Shown here: one piece after another, positions 25,601 to 36,915 of the stretch
Layout: every line of letters begins with the position of its first letter
Numbering within the stretch: the first letter of the stretch is position 1
The notes under the pieces: model-generated
The model's input: the letters and a program-made list of their open reading frames with translations, nothing else
Told to the model about the DNA's origin: nothing
Databases searched by the model: none
Assembly: GCF_032062105.1 (NCBI RefSeq)
Contig: NW_026927183.1
Coordinates: 62,001 to 126,000, forward strand
Reading direction: 5' to 3'
DNA from: Saccostrea cucullata
Lineage: Eukaryota
DNA length: 64,000 nucleotides
Position numbers and translations under genes: made by a program

Positions 25601-28600
25601 ACCTGGGAATAGCTATATTGTTTTCTTGAATCTGTGAAAATTAAATCTTGTAAAACAATGAAATAACAGATCAGAATTATTTCATGAACCCACCAAGAAG
25701 TAAAAGCTGATATATGATAAAAGAGATATCAATCACTGTACAAAATACAGCCATATTATATAGAATGCACAAACAACATCACTCAGACATATCCAATGCT
25801 TGTGTTTGTCTGAAATGATTGGCAGGAAAGTTGTTCCATTCAATAATCTGTCAAACAGCATTCACGCAAACCCCAAAAATGCCTTTTCTAATATCTTTCT
25901 CAGAGAGAGAACCTCATTGCCAATCAATTTCACAGCCCATTTAATATGAAATAGTATTTTCAGCATTATATATTTTTGTCTTCAAAGCAAGCTTGGCCTC
26001 TTTAATCAGATAAAATCGGTACTAGGTATGGGAGCACTCACCGAGCCAGTTCCTGTCCAGATAGATGGCCACAAAGGATGGTGGGATAGTAAAGTAATCC
26101 ACTACCTGAAGATGCTTCCATATAAATAAAAGCTTGTCATTGGCCGCCACAAACTGAACGAAGAATTTCATGTATAAAACTGTAATATTCTGTAGTGTGT
26201 TCATTTATAGGGATTAAGGTCAGACAACATGTTCCTCAAAAATATATAATTTTCCAAAGATTTCGTCATTGAAGAATAGATACTTGAACAAGATTCTTCA
26301 CAAAAAATTAGGGTACCTTACCAGACATTTGGACAAGAAACCACAGGGTCATATTTCTTATATATTTATATACCGTATAGGTGGAAATTTTAGCGAGACG
26401 CAAATTTAGCGATTTCTACCTAAAAACTGGTATTTTATTCTTTAGCGAGAAGTAATTTTAGCGATTTTAAAATATTAACTAAAGGAGCTATTACAAATAA
26501 TACGCAATTAATTTTAAGTGATATTCAATTTTAGCGATGTCAGCACCCTCGCTAATAATGCCAAAATTAAATCCTCGCTAAAATTTCTACTTATACAGTG
26601 TAACCCTTATGAGTTATCTTCTGAATGGCCTATATCACCATTTTTGGTGTACTTATATTTAAAACCATTTAGAAAACAATGTAGAAATCGGAAGAGAATG
26701 ACAAATATGACTAATTTCTGATATAAAACCAAGAGATACAAAACACATATTTGAGGAAAGTGTCGTCCGACAAAGTGCATAAAAAATTTTCACAAAATAT
26801 TTTTCATGAATTTGTGAACCTTTAATATGTGTAACAAATGCATGTAGAAATTTTAAACACTGAAAGTAAAGATTAAAATATTTATATCAATGAAAGAAAC
26901 AAATCTTTATATTAAAAAAATTACTGGGTATATAAAGTGTAAAAATGTACACTTTCACTTGCACACATATCCCTATATTCTCATAGTATTAATAAATCTT
27001 TAAATTCCTGGGAATATATGTTTTTTTTTTCTTTTTTTGTGTGTTTTTTATTTTTATTTTTGGAAGCTTTATAGAAAAAAATATGCAAAGAAATAAATTT
27101 GTGCGTAATACATGTACAAATATATTTAGTTATAAAATGTTGACTGGGGGCTGATTTGCAAAATAAGATTACCGGTAATGCAAACACTAATGTATTTACA
27201 AAATGCATCTGCTTTGTAGCAGTATATTTTTAAGATAGACAAATAAAAACAAGGAAACACTTACCCTGATGAAGAAGTAGATGAGAAAAAAGACATTAAA
27301 GGCCAGGTCCACCTGCTGCCGGGGGCTGTCTGCCCACGGTGTACACGATTCAACCTTCTCTCTGACCAAAAAAATAATTATATCCTGGCGTATTGTATTT
27401 TCGACCTATTTAGATGTTATTTATTAATTTATCGCAAACTTTATACAATCTAAGAAAATATGGGCTTAAAATGTTAGCATATGTGTTTATAAATAAAACG
27501 ATATAACCCATATTGCAGTTTTTTGTTTATTTTATTTATATGCCATAAATATGAAGAGGGTGCAGTTTTCCTCACAAAAATATTCGCGTCTTGTGTTTTC
27601 GACCTAAATATAGTATCAACGCCCCATCAGTAATGGCTATAAATATATCCATTGGATATTCTAAACAATAAAAATACGATTGTCTGTCCTTAAAAAAAAC
27701 ATGGAACAAGTTGCATATTTTGGTTGCAAATACATTTATTCGTTGGTTGAAGCGATCTGTCAGTAGCTGTGCATTTCCACAAAAAATCAATGAAATAACG
27801 TTGCATTTTTCAGTAAAAATCTGTAAGAAAATGCCCATATCTAAGGAAGAAAAAAAATAGTTTGATCTACCCATTCATTTCAATATTCATGCGTCTCGTT
27901 GACAGAGATCCTAGTTTTCCTTCGGAAAAATGTCATCAAAAAATCTTGGTAATTAACCGATTACGGCTTTGTTTAATCAACAGTAAAATGTGCATTAGTA
28001 AAAAGACGAAAATTACCAAAATCGAACTAAAACCACGAGGGGAAATCCGTTGAATTAATTATTTTGGGTATATTCACTAAAGTTGTGTTTAAAAAGATAT
28101 TTTCCCAAGTGTAGAAACCAAAAATAATGCTGTACAGCGCGGTATTTGCACGGGCAGCAGATTTGGAAAATTAGGTCGAAAATACAATACGGTCGAAAAT
28201 AGGATACGAGACGATATGAAAAAATATTTTTTAAAAAATTAACTTCATAGTGTTTTTTTTTTTTTTTTAACATTCACTTCATTATTAAAATGGATGTTTT
28301 CAAAAAAATGTGTTCTAGAAAATTCAATCACATCATTGTGTGCATGTAAACCTGGCTAACAAAAACTGATTTTTTTTTTTTAATAGAATTGGAATTCTGA
28401 AGCATAGAAAATTCTTACTTTGCATAAAGATAAATTGTTTTATAATCAATTTCTTTACATTGTTTTCAATAATGAGCTAAAGAATAACAGAGCTGGCAAT
28501 CACTCAAAATTTGTATTTTTACCATTGTGAATACATATTGAAGCTTTCAAACTTGATCTGCAAAATTCATAAATTGTTCTTCTGTTATGACTTTCTATTC

Positions 28601-31600
28601 CTACAGTACATACGAGTCTAAGTGTATAATTAGCAATATGAACCACTTATGAGTTGTCTTGTTTGACCTCTGACCCTAAAATTTTTAAACCTCCTTTTTA
28701 CCTTGCCCATACTGATTATCTTTTCATTATTATTCAAGTTCGATTATACTACCATGTACTTTCAAACCAGGAATTTGACCTTACATATTTGTATTTTTCA
28801 CAGTAAAAATGCCCTGGTCATCCAGTGCCCTGTAAACAGTATACTTGTGAGAATTCTGACGGTAATCTTTAAAGAGTTTCTATTGGAAGTGTGTACAGTG
28901 GACTCTCATTTATCCGGACGCTTTGGTTCCCAGTCAAATTGTCCGGATATCTAAAGCATCCAGATATCTGAATCACCAGCTAAACAAGACAAAATAACAT
29001 TTAAACATTTCATTCCGATAAAAAATCGGAAATACTGAAGCATCTGGATATCTGGCGTCCGGATATATGAAGGTCCACTATATTGGGTATGTAATCAAAA
29101 ATTTGATTATAGAACTAAATTTGACATTCCTTAGAAGTCAATAGGCTTCTTTATCTCTGGTCATCTAGAACCATGGTGAATAGTCTCAAGGCAGCTTAGG
29201 CTACCACTACACCAGCAGTAGGTCATCTTGTTATAACATTGATTGTTGATTACTAATTTGGAGATTATGGGAACCATATCCATCAAGAACCTGTCTCAGT
29301 GCTTACATGTACCCAGACAATCCCAGGATACATCATGACAAATAATTTACTCAATATTAATTAGTAATCCCAGAACTACTAGTATTAATCTGTTAACATA
29401 CAGATAGCCATGAGGGAATTCTACTCCATAGACAAACCACTTAACAACCTAATAAAGTCATAATAATGACAACTAGTGTCAAACTTACCTCTTACACTAT
29501 TGTACAAAGCACATTGATTTGTTTTGTTCATGTTCTTTGATTTTCTGTTTTTCTTTTTTTGAAAGAAATTGAGTATATTTGTATTTTTTTCTGCAGTTTT
29601 GCCATTGTTATGTTATTTTTTTAACCCTGTTAAGGGAATGGCTATAACTACTTTTCAGATCATTTACACATTACACATTCCAGGCAACTAATTTGTTTCC
29701 TATAATTATAAAGACTTCATAGCATTCCTAACATAGGTTTATATAATAGCGAGCTCAGCGAGCGTCATGAAGTGATGCTTGAAGTTGAAGTCATGAAGCA
29801 ATGCTTGTCACTGCGAGCTCTAACGACAATGCCTGGGTTAAGAGAAAATTCGAACCAGTGCACATTCATTCAATGGAAAAATTTTTCCCGCAGTAACTTT
29901 GGACCTACAATGCATTGCTTCATACACAAAAGCTAAAGCAACATTCTCGCAGAATAACAACAAAAGTTAAATGAATAATAAACTTGCCTTAATTTAATGA
30001 ATTTATTGCAGAAAAATATTTTTTTTTTTTAAAAACATTTTCATTAAAATCAGCCCTGTTCAGACTTTGGTTTCACCGTTTGGTAATTAAAGCAACATGC
30101 ACACGACATCATGTGACGTCATAGTCTTAATGCACCAAATGTCATGTGCGGTTTGTCGAGCCTCATTTAAATGAAAACTGAATAAGTATATGCGCTAGCC
30201 CTAACAGTAGCACCATCAACATATTATTTAAATTTAAAAGATGAAGAACTCAAACCTACTTGATGTTTTTAACCTTTCTCTTTAGTCTTTAAACATAAAA
30301 AATACCCATAAAGAGAAATGTTTAAAAAGTCAAGTGCTGGTGAGTTGATGTCCAAGAAAGTTTTGAACCAAAACTGTGTTAAATGACTGTGATCTGGAGA
30401 AAATCAATGAAAAACGTTGATCATAGAGTCAGGAGTCAACATGTACAGTAGTCAACATGGTCAACAGTACTAGATTTATTTCCTAGCATTTAAGCATGGC
30501 TTTCAGGTTTGTGCCATTGTCTGTCTTTTTTTCAAATTCATATCATCAATTTAAAAAATGCCCTGAAAAACACTAAGAAAATGTCCGCCCCACTCTATAC
30601 ATAAAATCAACTTACTCTGAGGCATCTATGAAGTAAATGATGAGGGAGGCAATGCTCAGCAGGAAAACCAAACCGACCTGAAAAATAAGATGCAGATTTT
30701 TCTTATTAGGATTTTACATATCTTTGAGTTCTTAACAAATGTTACATTCAGGTTTCAAAAACGTCAGGACTGTGGCTTTCAGTCTCAAAAAAAAAGAACC
30801 CAAACAATTTTACCGCCAGCAACCGGAAATCACCAGTATCTAAGAACAGTAGAAAATAACTACGTACTGATCTTAACATTCCGGGAAAAAATGATGCAAT
30901 ATTAAAATTAATGCACTGAGGCCTGGTTCCCCCACCTTTTTTTTTCAGACATAAAATTTTATTATAGAAAATGTTCATTTAAAGTCCGATTCAATGCAAC
31001 CACCCATCCGTCCACCCCCACTTTTTAATGTTTTGTTGCAGATAAAGTAGGATAAGGATAATAAGACCGCGGAACATTAACTGGCAAAATTGGAAATATA
31101 CAGCTTTAAATACGTCATTTCTATCTGTTTCAATCAAAACATTCAGTGATAGACAATGAAATGGGCGGTACAATTCGACGCGGACGTCCAGAAAACATCG
31201 GATTGAAATTGCAGATCGAAATTCATTTTCAATCCACCTGAGCTGTTTTCAGAGCAAAGAGTGATTGTATGATCCAAAAATCAACTAATTTCAACTCCCA
31301 AATACATATTGTTTGAAGTTCAAATTAATATGAGTTTCAGCTTATAATTTTGAGAACGCGAAAGATCATACAAGACAAAGATTATTTTTGAGGAGATATT
31401 TGATTCTAGAAGGTGGGGGGGGGGATTGTCGAGTCAGGTCATGGTTTAACATGACAATATATTTTATTTATAGGATTACAAGAGTGCATGAGTTTTATAC
31501 TTAGTCTCACTGAAAACTGTTGGACAACTTTATTTATGCAAATACACTGAAGAAACTGTTGGAAAACTTCATTTAAAAAATCGTTCACCCCCCCCCCCCC

Positions 31601-34600
31601 CACCAACACAAAGATATACATATATTTACCAAACAGAACAGAAATGAAATATTTGTCCCTTAAATATTAATTTATTTAAAACACTGGACAAAAAAAAAAA
31701 TCAAACTACCAAAATTGAAATTATAAATTGTCTTCTGGGTCAATCAGTAATAATGTGCCTTCTAGCTGAGGTGGATTGTAAATGAATTTCGATCTGCAAT
31801 TTCAGTCCGATGTTTTCCGCACGTCCGCGTCAAATTGTACCCGCCCTTTTCATTGTCTATCTCTGAATGTTTTGATTGTGACGTAAGCTGTATATTTCAA
31901 ATTTTGCCAGTTAATGTTCCGCGGTATTAATGAGTTTTTAAAAAATTAGAACTGAAATATTCTTATAAAAATATCATAACTTGTTTATTATTAATGTTCA
32001 TGACTGTATGCCGACATGGTTATTGTCAATAGAGTAAATTGAATTGAATTGAAAAAGGATGGAAACCCCCCCCCCCCCACAAACCGATCCACTAAATAGG
32101 AATATCGAGTGGAATTTTTCGCTTGTCAAAAAAAAATTTCTTTATATAGGCAAATTGCATTTTTTTTTGTCTGGCTGCCCCTTTTAAAAACGATGCTACG
32201 TCTAGATCTATAAACAAATAAACACGCAAGTCGCAAATCCTCTAAACAGCGCTAAATATGCACGAAATCGTGTGAATGTTATTTTTTTGTTTTTCACATT
32301 TAGACTTTATTTTTTTTAGAATGCGAATTCTTCTGTCCGCATTGGGTTAAAAAAATGGTAATCATGTATTTATAGTGTTAGAAATCCTAATAATGCATGA
32401 TTGTATTAAATTGTGCATGACATATTCCACTTGAATAATAATCCGCTTAATGTGTTAATCTTTTCAGGTTAATTTACTGCGTCTGAGTTGCATACATGTA
32501 CACTGCATGTACATGTACTATTAAACATGCATTTCATCTGTATGCCGAAACTTAACAGTTCCCTATTTGTGACCCCCCCCCCCCCCGCCACTCAACGAAG
32601 AAATCTTTCCACTGGAACACAAAACATTCATCCCTATTATTTTATAACCTTATATATTTAATTAGTTGTATAAATCACTTTCGGATACGAGATCTATCAT
32701 GTTAATAGAAGGCACACGAACTCTTAATATAAAAAATAAGTACTGTACATCTTCCTACAATTCTTTATTAAAATAAAAAATCAAAGTACTGAAAGTACTG
32801 TTAGACGGAGGCTTCATGTATGAGAGAACACAAAAGAAATATATATGTCATACATTGCTGTAAAGAATATTATGAGAAATAATGTGTAGTTTTTTTTTCA
32901 ATTCAACATTTTTTTCAAAGGATACTCCAATATTCATGAGGTTTTTGGGATATTATAATTTCATCTTTGTAATGTAAACTTCGCCTTGATTAAAGTTCAC
33001 TGTTATTTAGATGAGATACTTTTAATATTAAACCTTTCAAAGTAAGAAACAGTAATTGACTAGGCCTGGTTGACATAAAACTTGGGCTAACTTTTTATCC
33101 CAGTCTCACTTAAGGAATATATAGTGGAAAAGTGAGACTGAGATCAAAAGTGAGCTTGTCTAAGTTGTATGCCCCCAGGCCCGGTTGATGAATGTAGGTT
33201 TAGTATGTTCTAGTCATGAGCCCACTGGCGGAATTAAAAGGGGCCAGGGGCCCCCTCCCTTTTGAGTCCAAAAAATACGCAATATTTGATAAATGAGTGT
33301 TTTAATTGTGGCTGTGGGCCCCTTCCCTGACCTCAAACTGGTCCCCCTATTTCAGAATTTCTGGATTCAGCACTAGGCCTCAGCCTGTCAGGAGTCTCCA
33401 TATTTCAAGATATCTTATTTATAGGTCACAGAGACCTACTGTTAACATAATTATGACATGTAACAGCTACCAAAATCAAAATTTCTCGGCCTTATTGTAA
33501 TAATGTTATGATATGAGCTAACATGGAAAAAGAAGCAGCCAGGTAATTGGACATGAACAACATAATATAGTACAGTTTGTCTTAAACCTTTGTGATACAA
33601 AATGGGGTGACCTAGCTTGAAAGCAACACAGAATTTTCTTTAAGTAATACAACTTCATTAACATGCAATAAATGTTCGTGCCAGAACACAATTTTTTGAG
33701 TGGAATAAAATATACTTTCTTACTTTATGTAAACAGAACAATCAAGTTCATAAGACTTGCTATTTCACAAGTTTAAATTGTTTTTGGAGAACTGGAGTAT
33801 TGCTTACAATAACAAAGATATATCTTGACAAATTTGACAACCAATATTTCTGGAATTATTAAATGTAGTATTTTATCATTTGACAGATTAACCCAAAAAA
33901 TGTCTTTCTTTACTCGTATACCAGTGGAAATGGTTGTCCTTTTCAGTTTATCTGTTTAAAACAATCATTAACAATGAGACATGATTACAAATTACGTAGA
34001 GAAAAGTTATAAATATATAACTATGATTTCTGCTTTTCAGTTAAAACAATCACTTTACCAATGATGTAGGTTTAAAAAAATTGACATGAATACCAATGAT
34101 CAGAAATACATGCAATCTTGTATATAAAAAATAATTAAAGTTTGGGATGTGAAAGAGGTAAAACACAAGTATCAAATGCAAATAAGGATCAACGATATGA
34201 CAATAAGACAACTTATTTCAGAAGATATGATTTTTAATTATTAATTAGGATATTATGTGATAAATCATGTAAATCCTATGAACCAAGATTTGGGTTGTAC
34301 CCAAGGGTCAAACGTTACAAATGCATTTTGATCTCAATATCAGAGTTGCCGTTTGTTTCTCTCTTATCTAATGTGAGGGTACCCCAAACACTCAAACCGC
34401 TTGTAGAAAGTGTAAATCTATTTTCATGTGTTTCCTGAAATTATACATAATATCAAATAAACAATTCAAAACTAGACTGTTAATATTCCTACATATAAAA
34501 ATACTATGCATTTGTTTATTCATCGATCCTTGTCAGATTAAAGAACTCCATGAAACCTATTGATGCAAGCGTCAAAAATCGGCCGCAAACCAATTTATCG

Positions 34601-36522
34601 GTCCTTTCAAAAAGAAATTAGAAAAGGAATGAAAATGAGATTACAAACAGCAATCAAGCACAAAAAATTCCATTAAAACTGAAATGCTTGATCTATTATT
34701 AAAATATCTTATATTTATACCTGCGACATAAAACATTTGCATGCGACATAGCAGGATTTTCTTCAATACATAATACAGGTACATCTGCGTCTCCACACTT
34801 AGTTTGATACACAGGCGAATTCTGGTGGAAGTTTTTACAATTAAATATAAAACTAAAGTTTAAACTTATCTGTAACTAGAGATAGTTTTTACTTTAATAA
34901 AAGAAGCAATTGATAAGTGGGGTTCCTCGATCACTCTCGGATGTTAACCCCCCCCCCCCCCAACTCCCTCTAGATCCGCCACTTCATTTCTTCTCGTTCT
35001 TGTTTTGGTGTGAGAACCGGCGGGAAAAGGCTCGGCATATTGTAAAACATGCTTTATCATCGTCTGTTGGAACAAAATCTCCTAATATTCTGTCTGATAA
35101 AAAATTAATAGTAAATCACATTTTCTTTTTACATATTCCGTAGGAAATGTATTTATATACACGTCATTTTAAAAAATATTAGACAAATCCTGTTTATTTA
35201 GAAAAAGTAGAACTGTTTGTTTATACTTGTATGTGACGCGATCTTTGTTTTAGACTATGCCTATCCTTGCGGTCGGTGTAACGCAGAGTCGCTCAAAAAA
35301 TAGAATTCTCAAGGTAATGAAAACAATTCCACCGATAGATGGTGCTTGGGAAATCTTTCCTGTTTACATTCCATGGGCAAGACAATCCCTATACACGGAG
35401 GCTGTCATACAGCCTCCGTCTAAAAATGATGTCATGAACATTGAATTTTTTTAATTGAAAAAAAAAAATGTGGAAAGACAGTGCTTTTTTAAAAGGTGCA
35501 TTTTTATCGGTATAGCTTGCGAAAACTCGTTATAATTTGAACATCACACTAAATAAATTAAGAAAGTCAATTGATAATTTGTCTAGCTGGGTGAGGAAAA
35601 TGACATCCCAATCATGTGCGGTCTCCTGGAATCGATATCCGGATTATTGGAAATCATCCCCGGGGATTGTTTCTTAATGGTCGAATCGATACTGGTGATT
35701 GATCCCGAATTATTCTCGTCAACGCTCAACAATAGAGTCCTATTATCTGGCGGTACTTTATGGACCCGTCACTTTGTAAACGATCATCTCTGCCATGAAA
35801 TTGTTAGAATTTTTTGTTATATTGACAAAAATAAAGGCAGTGTTGAAGACTCTATGCACCAAGACAAGTAATGCCAGGAATATATCACCTTTCACACACA
35901 TCTATGTGTAAAACACCATTTATACAACCTTCAGTTATAAGTGCTTATAAACAATATGTACTGAGGAATGGTGTGATAAATTGTTCTCTTAATTGACTCC
36001 AGATTGGCAGATATTTACATTGCAAGTGCTTACAGTTACGAGATTCATGCTGTACATATAGTGTTCTATCTTTACAGGCTATTAAGCAAACGATTTGATT
36101 CCTTGGAATGTTGAAAACTGACCAGTAACATAGGTTTCTGGGAATAATCTTACCAATATTCTCCCTGTGGTGGTCTGCCCCGAGATGAGCTCCCCCGCCC
36201 AGTCTTTGGCCTCCGTTATGTAACCTATCTCAGAATCTGGACTCTTCTGTAACGTGGCACCAGCATTTGATGTGGCGTTTATATTGTTTGCTGACCCTTT
36301 CCTTTTGGATGACGGATTGACAGTACCCGAATGATTGGCCACTTTGGGGGATGCCCCATGTGGGGGCGATGGCGGATTTGTAGCCCGTCGACAGCATAAC
36401 CAGAGGATGAGGCGATAAAATAAGATGAAGGCTATCCCGGCGAAGAAGACGATGAGACTAGATGCCAGGAATGAGTACCAATATCGCGTCTCCAGACACG
36501 GGTCCCCAGTACTGTTCGTCAT
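1498..36522 (-). CDS. KCNMA1: Slo1/BK calcium-activated potassium channel alpha subunit (slowpoke), 5' part: 11 coding exons, 527 codons, S0-S6 + RCK1; gene continues past window start
   Basis: Exons 36154-36522, 30616-30677, 27265-27361, 26042-26153, 20086-20237, 19407-19577, 11643-11734, 9894-10004, 6091-6196, 4794-4946, 1498-1653 are joined by GT-AG introns into one frame (1581 nt). Motifs: [60 protein letters not shown]. Confidence 0.97.
1748..2175 (+). mobile_element. pearl/HINE (Helentron-associated)-like non-autonomous element
   Basis: Two 147-bp core repeats (1837, 1984), (GACT/GACA)n microsatellite, terminal palindrome cccgcagcttgttgcgtggg. Confidence 0.7.
2257..2741. mobile_element. 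Tc1/mariner(pogo)-type MITE
   Basis: TA|CAGTAAAACTCG...CGAGTTTTACTG|TA; related shorter copies near 10200-10378 and 21323-21494. Confidence 0.8.
4794..4946 (-). CDS. KCNMA1: Slo1 exon (RCK1)
   Basis: tacag|[51 protein letters not shown]|gtgatt, 153 nt. Confidence 0.95.
6091..6196 (-). CDS. KCNMA1: Slo1 exon (RCK1)
   Basis: tgtag|[36 protein letters not shown]|gtatcc, 106 nt. Confidence 0.95.
6326..6532. mobile_element. Small TA-flanked MITE
   Basis: TA|CTGTATACA...TGTATACAG|TA with internal ttcgccc repeats. Confidence 0.7.
6835..7417. mobile_element. TIR non-autonomous DNA transposon (Kolobok-like termini)
   Basis: AAAGAACTATATGCGGTA ... TACCGCATATAGTTCTTT, plus internal inverted repeat 7073-7168. 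Confidence 0.7.
8147..8299. repeat. Near-perfect foldback palindrome (~70-bp arms, 14-nt loop)
   Basis: aaacaataaaatg.ctttctttgtttgttattactggaattaacgg... / ...ccgttaattccagtaataacaaacaaagaaagcattttattgttt. Confidence 0.85.
8588..9460. mobile_element. hAT-type MITE
   Basis: TIR CATACTTGCCAAC / GTTGGCAACTATG with perfect 8-bp TSD ATATCTAT (8580-8587, 9461-9468). Confidence 0.88.
9483..9901 (-). repeat. 27-bp tandem array built from RCK1 exon end + splice donor (~15 units)
   Basis: Unit (minus) GTTCACAA|GTAAGT TCAGTATGTTCAT; the terminal unit is the real exon/intron junction at 9894/9893. Confidence 0.95.
9894..10004 (-). CDS. KCNMA1: Slo1 exon (start of RCK1, D362/D367/E374-equivalent residues)
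   Basis: tttcag|[39 protein letters not shown]|gtaagt, 111 nt. Confidence 0.96.
10085..11532 (+). mobile_element. pearl/HINE-like element with 7 tandem 146-148-bp core repeats
   Basis: Units start 10473, 10619, 10765, 10913, 11061, 11207, 11353; followed by (GGAC/GACA)n and GC-rich terminal hairpin; left boundary approximate. Confidence 0.8.
11643..11734 (-). CDS. KCNMA1: Slo1 exon (second half of S6, S6-RCK1 linker)
   Basis: gatag|[32 protein letters not shown]|gtatgt, 92 nt. Confidence 0.94.
12693..15353. mobile_element. Non-autonomous mariner-like element (contains nested HINE)
   Basis: 28-bp TIR CGAGGGTTGTCCCAAAAAGTYGTAGACA (1 mismatch), TA on both sides; no transposase ORF. Confidence 0.85.
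13448..14900 (+). mobile_element. pearl/HINE-like element with ~8 tandem 147-bp core repeats, nested in mariner-like element
   Basis: gattcagcatc at 13783, 13930, 14084, 14231, 14378, 14525; (GACGCC)n; terminal agctc...gagct palindrome; inverted fragment of the same family at ~50675-50852. Confidence 0.8.
16553..17184. mobile_element. Mariner-like MITE
   Basis: GGGTGTTAAGAAAGTTCGTTCCA / TGGAATGAACTTTCTTAACACCC terminal inverted repeats. Confidence 0.65.
18740..19418 (-). repeat. ~69-bp (62-75) G-rich minisatellite built from pore-exon end + splice donor (10 units)
   Basis: Unit (minus) ATGATCAGCATC|GTAAGT AGTAATCCCCACACCCCC...CACACAC; the terminal unit is the real junction at 19407/19406. 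Confidence 0.93.
19407..19577 (-). CDS. KCNMA1: Slo1 exon (turret, pore loop, first half of S6)
   Basis: atag|[57 protein letters not shown]|gtaagt, 171 nt. Confidence 0.96.
19801..20112 (-). repeat. 133-134-bp tandem duplication containing S4/S5 exon end + splice donor (3 junction copies)
   Basis: gtgtaatttgagtcttactagatgtagaaatccagctgaagctaa recurs at 19801 (mutated), 19934 and 20068. Confidence 0.93.
20086..20237 (-). CDS. KCNMA1: Slo1 exon (S4 voltage sensor, S5)
   Basis: ccag|[51 protein letters not shown]|gtaaga, 152 nt. Confidence 0.95.
20385..20760 (+). mobile_element. HINE-like element (148-bp core repeat); related copy at ~49740-50205
   Basis: aacaagatgtgtttg start, ataggtcacagtcaaggtca repeats, (GACA)n, ggacaaaaac. 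Confidence 0.65.
26042..26153 (-). CDS. KCNMA1: Slo1 exon (S2-S3 loop, S3)
   Basis: cag|[38 protein letters not shown]|gtgagt, 112 nt. Confidence 0.93.
26373..26598. mobile_element. Small TIR MITE
   Basis: ccgtataggtggaaattttagcgag ... ctcgctaaaatttctacttatacag. Confidence 0.7.
27265..27361 (-). CDS. KCNMA1: Slo1 exon (S1-S2 loop, S2)
   Basis: cag|[33 protein letters not shown]|gtaagt, 97 nt. Confidence 0.95.
27389..28191. mobile_element. TIR element abutting the S2 exon acceptor
   Basis: cgtattgtattttcgaccta / taggtcgaaaatacaatacg inverted pair. Confidence 0.6.
30616..30677 (-). CDS. KCNMA1: Slo1 exon (S1)
   Basis: tttttcag|[22 protein letters not shown]|gtaagt, 62 nt. Confidence 0.95.
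31066..31925. mobile_element. Long-TIR (~170-bp arms) foldback element
   Basis: accgcggaacattaactggcaaaatt... mirrored by ...aattttgccagttaatgttccgcggt. Confidence 0.8.
33063..33181. mobile_element. Short palindromic MITE
   Basis: ggcctgg..cataaaactt..cagtctcactt / aagtgagactg..aagttgtatg..ccaggcc. Confidence 0.55.
36154..36522 (-). CDS. KCNMA1: Slo1 coding exon 1 (S0 helix, S0-S1 loop)
   Basis: MTNSTGDPC...[15 protein letters not shown]...WLCCRR...[20 protein letters not shown] then donor GTAAGA. Confidence 0.93.
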
Positions 36523-36730
36523 TGTGTCTTGTCACTATTTAGTTAAGAAAGTCACATCACGGATTTAAGAAGCAAATACACAGAGAATCACAAGAAAATC
36601 ACACTTCTCTATCACAGTAGTCGGGTTTTCGATTCAAAAAATCAATTTACATAAACCAAATACTCGACGCTTTAAAAAAATGACACACGGCTTATCCCAT
36701 TTAAATGAATTGTTAAAATGTTCATTATAC

Positions 36731-36915
36731 GTCAGCCCATTACGGCCCTGTTGTAATGTAAAAGAACACAAACGATTTAAGTACGAGATCCATATCTACA
36801 CCAGTAAACTCACTTTGTCACCAACAGTAACTCGGCTCCAGCGGCTGATGTATCGTGTTGATCACATGACTAGACATACAAGCCGTCTATTGTTTCACCT
36901 GGCTGCCCATGGCTG
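36731..36915. repeat. 185-bp direct duplication, copy A (putative Slo1 5'UTR exon end + donor)
   Basis: Same as 38963-39147 with 2 mismatches seen; contains GACAAA|GTGAGT on the minus strand. Confidence 0.9.
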
